Shown here piece by piece: positions 58,665 through 64,000 of a stretch of DNA of 64,000 nucleotides. The first letter of the stretch is position 1; every line of letters begins with the position of its first letter. The notes under the pieces were generated by a model. It did no database searches and had not been told where the DNA came from. It saw only the letters and a program-made list of their open reading frames with translations. A program made the position numbers and the translations under genes. This DNA comes from Candidatus Nomurabacteria bacterium. Lineage in GTDB: Bacteria; Patescibacteriota; Minisyncoccia; Phycocordibacterales; UBA9973. Location of the stretch: positions 27,731-91,730 of the forward strand of contig JANPIZ010000001.1 of NCBI GenBank assembly GCA_031425235.1. The letters run 5' to 3'.

Positions 58665-59852
58665 ATGAAAAAAATATTCTCAATAGGAAGCAGTGTCACC
58701 GCTATTGCATTACTTCTCGTATTATCATTTGGTATGATAGCGGAAGCCGCAACTCCAACAGTAAACGTAACTGGTAACTATGTTGTAAATATGGAATATC
58801 TAGGCAGTAACTATGCTCATGATATGTCATTGACCCAAGATGGTTCTGGAAATGTAACTGGTAACGGAGGTTCTCCCTCTGGAGCAAATACATATGCCTG
58901 GAGTGTTACTTCGGGTACAGTTTCAGGAAATGCAATTGACTTCTTAGCAAATTATACAGCTACCCCAGATGCAGTAACTCCACAAACAGTTCTTCACGTT
59001 ATGGGGACTGTCGCAGCTAACGGTACAATAAGTGGAACATGGTCAGATAACTATCAAGGAGGTTCACGATCAGGTGCTTTCACTTCAACCAGTGGGACAG
59101 CAGCCCTTCTCGGATCCCTTAATGCTGAAGATTTCGGGGTTGTAAATTACGACACTGGACTAGGAATGCTAAAGGGTTACACGGCAGGATTTGGTGTTGC
59201 TAACAACACACTTGCTGGCGCCACAAATGTTCAAGTAAAATTATACGGAGCAGGGGATCAACTATTGCAAACTAATACAGCAATCCTTCCAAAGTTTAAT
59301 GCTGATATAACTGGCTCTCAGTTCTCATCACCATTTGATGTATCTGGAAACTTCGCATACGCAACTGATGGATACTGGACAAATGTCCGTGCAGCCCAAT
59401 ACGGTCAAAGTATCCCTGCTACAAAAGTAGTAGCGACGGTGACTCTCGCAAACGGTAAAATTGTAACTGCAACCAATGCAAACTTGAGTGGCGATCCAAC
59501 AACTATTTACCCAGCAGCAACTCACATGATAGTTGCTTCAGCAGGTGCTAATGGTTCAATTTCTCCATCAGGTTCAGTCCTCGTAAATAATGCTACAAGC
59601 AAAACATTTACTATCACTGCTAATAGCGGTTACCAAGTAAACGATGTTCTCGTTGACGGATCTTCGGTAGGTGCGGTTAACACATATACATTTAATAATG
59701 TGACAGCAAACCACACTATTGCAGCTTCATTCAAAGCAGAAACTACAAACCAACCAACAAATAAAGATGCATGTAAAAATGGTGGCTGGAAGACCTTCAC
59801 AAACCCAACATTTAAAAACCAGGGTCAATGTGTAAGTTCTACAAATCGATAA
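58665..59852 (+). CDS. Secreted protein and paralog of 57120..58025, with an InlB B-repeat-like domain and the C-terminal CKNGGW...NQGQCVS motif
   Basis: 395 aa with a signal peptide. The N-terminus ATPTVNVTGNY resembles QTTVVVTGNT in the paralog. The C-terminus reads DACKNGGWKTFTNPTFKNQGQCVSSTNR. Confidence 0.7.
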   Translation: MKKIFSIGSSVTAIALLLVLSFGMIAEAATPTVNVTGNYVVNMEYLGSNYAHDMSLTQDGSGNVTGNGGSPSGANTYAWSVTSGTVSGNAIDFLANYTATPDAVTPQTVLHVMGTVAANGTISGTWSDNYQGGSRSGAFTSTSGTAALLGSLNAEDFGVVNYDTGLGMLKGYTAGFGVANNTLAGATNVQVKLYGAGDQLLQTNTAILPKFNADITGSQFSSPFDVSGNFAYATDGYWTNVRAAQYGQSIPATKVVATVTLANGKIVTATNANLSGDPTTIYPAATHMIVASAGANGSISPSGSVLVNNATSKTFTITANSGYQVNDVLVDGSSVGAVNTYTFNNVTANHTIAASFKAETTNQPTNKDACKNGGWKTFTNPTFKNQGQCVSSTNR

Positions 59853-59885
59853 TAACAAAGTAGATCAATAGAATAAGCGAAAGTA

Positions 59886-59916
59886 AAAGAACCACCCATA
59901 CGGGTGGTTCTTTTAC
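59886..59916 (+). terminator. Rho-independent terminator
   Basis: GAACCACCC-ATAC-GGGTGGTTC followed by TTTT. Confidence 0.7.
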
Positions 59917-60056
59917 TTATATTATTTTTAAATTTAAGTATTTTTAGTTTTATAGAGGAGATATACTCATTTTCTGTAATATAAACACCTCTTTAGCGTC
60001 ATAGTAACTAGAGATCAACTGATGACTAGAATGTCTACATGATATCCATTCCTAGT

Positions 60057-60085
60057 TTGACAAAGTTCTGTAAATCTGTTAGATT
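60057..60085 (+). promoter_or_regulatory. Candidate sigma70-like promoter TTGACA-17-TAGATT
   Basis: A perfect -35 box. It lies about 80 nt upstream of the ATG at 60166. Confidence 0.35.
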
Positions 60086-60165
60086 GCGATTATATAGAAA
60101 AAAGTTGCAAGGTGTAAATTTATTATCAAAAGTCGTTATTTATAAGTTTAATTTTAAAAATAAGT

Positions 60166-62538
60166 ATGAAAAAAATATTGTCGTTTCTAATTATGTTTTC
60201 GATGGTTTTCTCAATGGTCGGATCTTTACCTCTTGCTGCAAGCGCACAACAAGCAGAAAATAATGCAGTTGCCGTAGAAGATATAATAAATATCTGTCAC
60301 AAAACTGGATCGAATTGGAAATTCAAAACTGTTAACGAATCATCATCCCTCAGTGCTCATCTAGGACACGGAGATTTTGCATACGAGGGTTCCTTAGAAG
60401 CAGAATTTGATAAAGATGCTTGGTGTGAATCAAATATTCCTGAGACAACACCAACAGATGTTTGCCCTAATGTAGATGGTGTGCAGACACAAAATCCATG
60501 TGCAGACACTACCTGTGAAGAAGAAGGCGGAACATGGGATTCTGAAACACAAGAATGTGATAATCCAACATCTCAAATTGAAAATTCATGTCCAGCACCA
60601 GATTCACTGACTGACGAAACAGTAGAAGTAATCAATGCAGGTTCAGAGGAAACCTTACAAAGTATTTTGAACGATGAGGGGTATGGAGTAAATGTAAATA
60701 CAAACCAGAAGCAATACCAACTTTGGAATATCCCTGCAAACTCAGAAATAAATTTTGATGCAAAATTTATCGAAGGTATATCCGGTAGCCAGATGACATT
60801 TGGTTACTACACAGATAGTAGTATGGCAAATTTCGTTCCTGTGTTTAAAACTGGAGCAAGCGCTCCTGAGGCAGTCCCCGTTGTTTCTTCAGGAAGTCCA
60901 GCTATTTCAGTAAATGTGGGTGCAGCTACCAGTGTAGGTTTCGCTATAAAAGTATATCATTCAACTGGACCACTCCTCGGTATCATTGCTACTGAAAACG
61001 CACTTTATAGTCCTGCAGAAAATGGCCCAACAGACAAAGCAATAGTATACAGCCCAGCATCAGATCAATACGTAATAGCATTTGAAGACTGGGAATTTGG
61101 GGGCTTTGATTACAATGACGTCGTAGTTGAAATAACTCTAGAATGCGAAGAAGTTCAGGGAGAGACTACATCTTCTAATATAACTTATGTAGACCCAGTT
61201 AGTATGAACGGATGGACATATTTTCCAGAAAATAATAATGGTGGACAAACTGGTCAAATGGTTGTAGGTCCAACTGGGCAACCAGCAGGAACAGGAAGTG
61301 CAGAATTTAAGCTTACTGCAAATGATCAAGGTCAAGTTTTGGGTATGACCAATATAAGAGGCACTCGTTTTAGTCAAATTAATTCTCTTACATACAGTAC
61401 ATACACTCCGACAGCAGGAGTGGCACTACCTGCACTTCAGTTTGAATTTGATAATAATCGCAGTGATGCGGATAATTCTTACAAAGGACGTTTAGTGTAT
61501 GAGCCATATTACACTCACACAGTATCTACTAACACCTGGCAAACATGGAATCCTATGGATAATAGTGAGTCAGGTGGCAATGGTAACTGGTGGTTTAGTG
61601 ATGGAACTATAGCCACAGCTTCAGGCTGCTCTATTACAACACCATGTACATGGGCAGAAATTACAGCATTATATCCAAATGCCGGTATCCGCGATGATGG
61701 TACTCCTCTTTCAGGTTTAACTCTATTTAAAGCAGGAAGTGGATCTACATTTACTGCGAATGTAGATAAATTTATTACTGTTATCAAAACTGGCAATAAC
61801 ACTCACACAGAAACTTACGATTTTGAACCAAGTACTACTGACACCCCAACTCCATCTGCTTGTTCTGATGGAATAGACAACAGCGATGCAGAAGACTCAT
61901 TAGCAGATGCTCTTGATCCAGGTTGTCACTCTGATGGAAACGTAAACAACACTAATTCATACGTATCATCTGACAATGATGAATCAAATTCATCTACTCA
62001 ATGTTCAGACGGACTAGATAACGATACCGATGGAAATATAGACTCACAAGATGTTGGTTGCCAGTCTGGAGAGGGTAATTCATGGAATCCAGATGATGAT
62101 AATGAAATCAATGAAGGTAATAACAATAGCAGTGGAAGCAGTAGTAGTGGTAGTAGTCGTCGAACAGGAAGTTCAGTAGCAGGTCAAGTACTCGGTGCTG
62201 AAACTTCATGTGGTATCTACCTCGACAAATACCTCAAGATGGGATTGAAGAATGATGTTGAAGCTGTAAAGAAAGTTCAAAAATTCTTGAACGATTTCTT
62301 CAAAGCAGGACTTGTAGTAGATGGAGTTTTCGGACCCCTTACTGATAAGCATGTTCGTGCATTCCAACTTTCTCATAAAACTAAAATCTTAGATCCGTGG
62401 GGATTAAAGGGTCCTACAGGTATCGTATATCTCACAACACAAACTGAGATAAACAATATCATATGTCCACCTCTTGACCTACCAATACCACCTCTTACAC
62501 CTTTTGAAACGAATCCAGCGGTTCCTCCAAAAGCGTAA
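60166..62538 (+). CDS. Large secreted protein with a DUF4114-like domain, Cys/Asp-rich CxDGxDNDxDG repeats and a C-terminal peptidoglycan-binding domain
   Basis: 790 aa with a signal peptide. ...VIAFEDWEFGGFDYNDVVVEI is DUF4114-like. CSDGIDNSDAEDSLADALDPGC and CSDGLDNDTDGNIDSQDVGC are present. The C-terminus ...KVQKFLNDFFKAGLVVDGVFGPLTDKHVRAFQ is PG_binding_1-like. Confidence 0.7.
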   Translation: MKKILSFLIMFSMVFSMVGSLPLAASAQQAENNAVAVEDIINICHKTGSNWKFKTVNESSSLSAHLGHGDFAYEGSLEAEFDKDAWCESNIPETTPTDVCPNVDGVQTQNPCADTTCEEEGGTWDSETQECDNPTSQIENSCPAPDSLTDETVEVINAGSEETLQSILNDEGYGVNVNTNQKQYQLWNIPANSEINFDAKFIEGISGSQMTFGYYTDSSMANFVPVFKTGASAPEAVPVVSSGSPAISVNVGAATSVGFAIKVYHSTGPLLGIIATENALYSPAENGPTDKAIVYSPASDQYVIAFEDWEFGGFDYNDVVVEITLECEEVQGETTSSNITYVDPVSMNGWTYFPENNNGGQTGQMVVGPTGQPAGTGSAEFKLTANDQGQVLGMTNIRGTRFSQINSLTYSTYTPTAGVALPALQFEFDNNRSDADNSYKGRLVYEPYYTHTVSTNTWQTWNPMDNSESGGNGNWWFSDGTIATASGCSITTPCTWAEITALYPNAGIRDDGTPLSGLTLFKAGSGSTFTANVDKFITVIKTGNNTHTETYDFEPSTTDTPTPSACSDGIDNSDAEDSLADALDPGCHSDGNVNNTNSYVSSDNDESNSSTQCSDGLDNDTDGNIDSQDVGCQSGEGNSWNPDDDNEINEGNNNSSGSSSSGSSRRTGSSVAGQVLGAETSCGIYLDKYLKMGLKNDVEAVKKVQKFLNDFFKAGLVVDGVFGPLTDKHVRAFQLSHKTKILDPWGLKGPTGIVYLTTQTEINNIICPPLDLPIPPLTPFETNPAVPPKA

Positions 62539-62565
62539 CTTAAGCTTTGATAGGGAATAGGGAAA

Positions 62566-62598
62566 CAGCCCCGACGTACGTCGGGGCTGTTTTTGTTT
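62566..62598 (+). terminator. Rho-independent terminator (perfect 23-bp palindrome followed by TTTTTGTTT)
   Basis: CAGCCCCGACGTACGTCGGGGCTG. Confidence 0.75.
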
Positions 62599-62695
62599 AA
62601 TTTTCTAGCATGATATAATTTGTCAGATAGATAATAAATTGATAAAAGGGTACGTACAATTGACATTTAGCCTTAAATATTATATAATATACAAA

Positions 62696-63814
62696 ATGCA
62701 AAAACTCGCCACATGGTTTAAAAAATATTTTATCCCGCACGAGCACAATGAGTTTAAACCTCATTTATTAAGGCACGAATCAGCGCTGATGCTACTCCTA
62801 TTAGTCCTCCTCGTGGAGCTTGTTTTCCTCGCCCAAGTATTTATCGTGTTTGATAAAACCAATTTCCTCGCCTCTGTATTACCAGGTGTATTGACCACGC
62901 TTACAAACAAAGAACGCGCTCAAAATAATGTCGAGCCTTTAGTACAAAATGACCTCCTTACTAAAGCAGCACAACTCAAAGCCAACGACATGGCTCAAAA
63001 TGAATATTTTGCTCACACAAGCCCTGAAGGTAAAACACCCTGGCACTGGCTGAATCAAGTCGGCTACAAATACAGCCTGGCAGGAGAAAACCTAGCAATA
63101 AACTTCTTTGAATCACGTGAGGTTGCGGAAGCATGGATGAATTCACCCACACATCGTGCCAATATCGTGAAGCAACATTATAAAGAAATAGGTATTGCCG
63201 TTGCAAGTGGAAGATACCAAGGTTCCGATACTGTGTTTGTAGCACAATTTTTTGGAACACCAACAGTGGTAGCGCCTCTCCCTGAAACCCCAGCTCAGAC
63301 GGAAGTACAGACACCAACACCTATCACTACCACAAAACCAAAACCCACACCTCCTGTTACTCCAAAACCAACTGTAGTTCCCACGAAAAAATCAATAACC
63401 GCCGATGGCGGGACCCCGCAGAAAGCAGTGGTACCAGAACCGACCCCGGCTCCGACAACAACGATCGCAGTTGTACCCACCACAACGCAAGTCCTAGGTG
63501 AAGAGACAAACGCAACCACAGAAAGCATTTTCACTCAGATTATTTCTGACCTAAAATCATTTACGGATAGAGTGCTAACTTCTCCAGACAAATTTGTTGC
63601 TTACACATATGGGGCGATTGCATTCGTAGTTATTCTTGCGCTCATGCTCGCTATGTTTATCAAGTCCGAAATGGGTCATCGACCAAATGTTGTCAGGGGG
63701 CTTTCGATAGTAAGCGTCATAGTAATACTTATAATTGTAAATATGAGAATATTCCACGTAGAAACAAAAGTGCCTTCGGAAAGTCTCGAAGCGAGCGTGA
63801 TTGCGTCACAATAG
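62696..63814 (+). CDS. CAP/SCP (PR-1-like, YkwD-type) domain protein with an N-terminal TM helix, a Pro/Thr-rich linker and a C-terminal TM helix
   Basis: LTNKERAQNNVEPLVQNDLLTKAAQLKANDMAQNEYFAHTSPEGKTPWHWL...GENLAINF...AWMNSPTHRANI is present. The internal start MQKLATWF is preceded by a TATAAT box. Confidence 0.7.
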   Translation: MQKLATWFKKYFIPHEHNEFKPHLLRHESALMLLLLVLLVELVFLAQVFIVFDKTNFLASVLPGVLTTLTNKERAQNNVEPLVQNDLLTKAAQLKANDMAQNEYFAHTSPEGKTPWHWLNQVGYKYSLAGENLAINFFESREVAEAWMNSPTHRANIVKQHYKEIGIAVASGRYQGSDTVFVAQFFGTPTVVAPLPETPAQTEVQTPTPITTTKPKPTPPVTPKPTVVPTKKSITADGGTPQKAVVPEPTPAPTTTIAVVPTTTQVLGEETNATTESIFTQIISDLKSFTDRVLTSPDKFVAYTYGAIAFVVILALMLAMFIKSEMGHRPNVVRGLSIVSVIVILIIVNMRIFHVETKVPSESLEASVIASQ

Positions 63815-63836
63815 GTAGTTGTTGTACAATGTAGGT

Positions 63837-64000
63837 ATGCGCAAGGAACGTATATTATTATTGTTGGGTATTTGGGTAGCTGTGTTGCCATACCTTGGAT
63901 TTCCGTATTCATGGAAAAATATATTTTTCACTGCGGCCGGACTCGGCTTGATATATGTGAGTTTTACTTTGCATAAAGAATCTAAAACAAAAGAAAAAAA
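63837..64000 (+). CDS. Small membrane protein, 3' end beyond the window (partial)
   Basis: Hand translation gives MRKERILLLLGIWVAVLPYLGFPYSWKNIFFTAAGLGLIYVSFTLHKESKTKEK... with no stop before the window end. Confidence 0.3.
   Translation, partial: MRKERILLLLGIWVAVLPYLGFPYSWKNIFFTAAGLGLIYVSFTLHKESKTKEK

Noticed and set aside
1-64000. CRISPR arrays, retron/reverse-transcriptase motifs (YADD), group II introns
   Set aside because: No short direct repeats interspaced at regular intervals were found. No RT motif appeared in any ORF translation.

Overview
This 64 kb window comes from a low-GC bacterium (about 35-40% GC), and its gene content suggests a reduced-genome, CPR/Patescibacteria-like organism. 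That taxonomic call is an inference from the split transketolase, the many secreted proteins carrying C-terminal peptidoglycan-binding domains, the compact type IV pilus cluster and the weak Shine-Dalgarno signals. The layout has four parts. (1) 1..11.8 kb: two giant Gly/Thr/Asn-rich surface-protein genes on the minus strand. The first runs off the window edge and is absent from the ORF track. Each is translationally coupled to a small upstream gene (a beta-lactamase-fold hydrolase; an HTH-plus-TM protein). A Bro-N/DinD-like gene lies between them. (2) 11.9..33 kb: a housekeeping backbone with a PfkB kinase, split transketolase, rpe, rpiB, gap, dnaE, pth, lepB, hisS, def-fmt, hpf and NDH-2. 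It is interrupted by a REP/RAYT cassette of three copies of a 19-33 bp palindrome flanking a Y1-HUH transposase and an unknown cargo gene, and by a 1244-aa uncharacterised protein embedded in the gap-PPP operon. (3) 33..50 kb: envelope and stress genes (msrA, msrB, a MarR regulator, a DUF4331 protein, a HupE/UreJ protein, TPR and DM13 proteins, and mltG), tRNA-Asn, tRNA-Ala and an RNase P RNA with terminators. It also contains a duplicated MarR operator/promoter module with a marR pseudogene remnant. (4) 50..64 kb: an IS481-like insertion sequence next to a type IV pilus cluster (pilB-pilC-pseudopilins-PilY1-like-pilA), followed by secreted-protein genes. One of these is a compositionally aberrant (about 50% GC) paralog of its neighbour. 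No CRISPR array was found. All functional calls rest on motifs read directly from the translations; no database search was possible.
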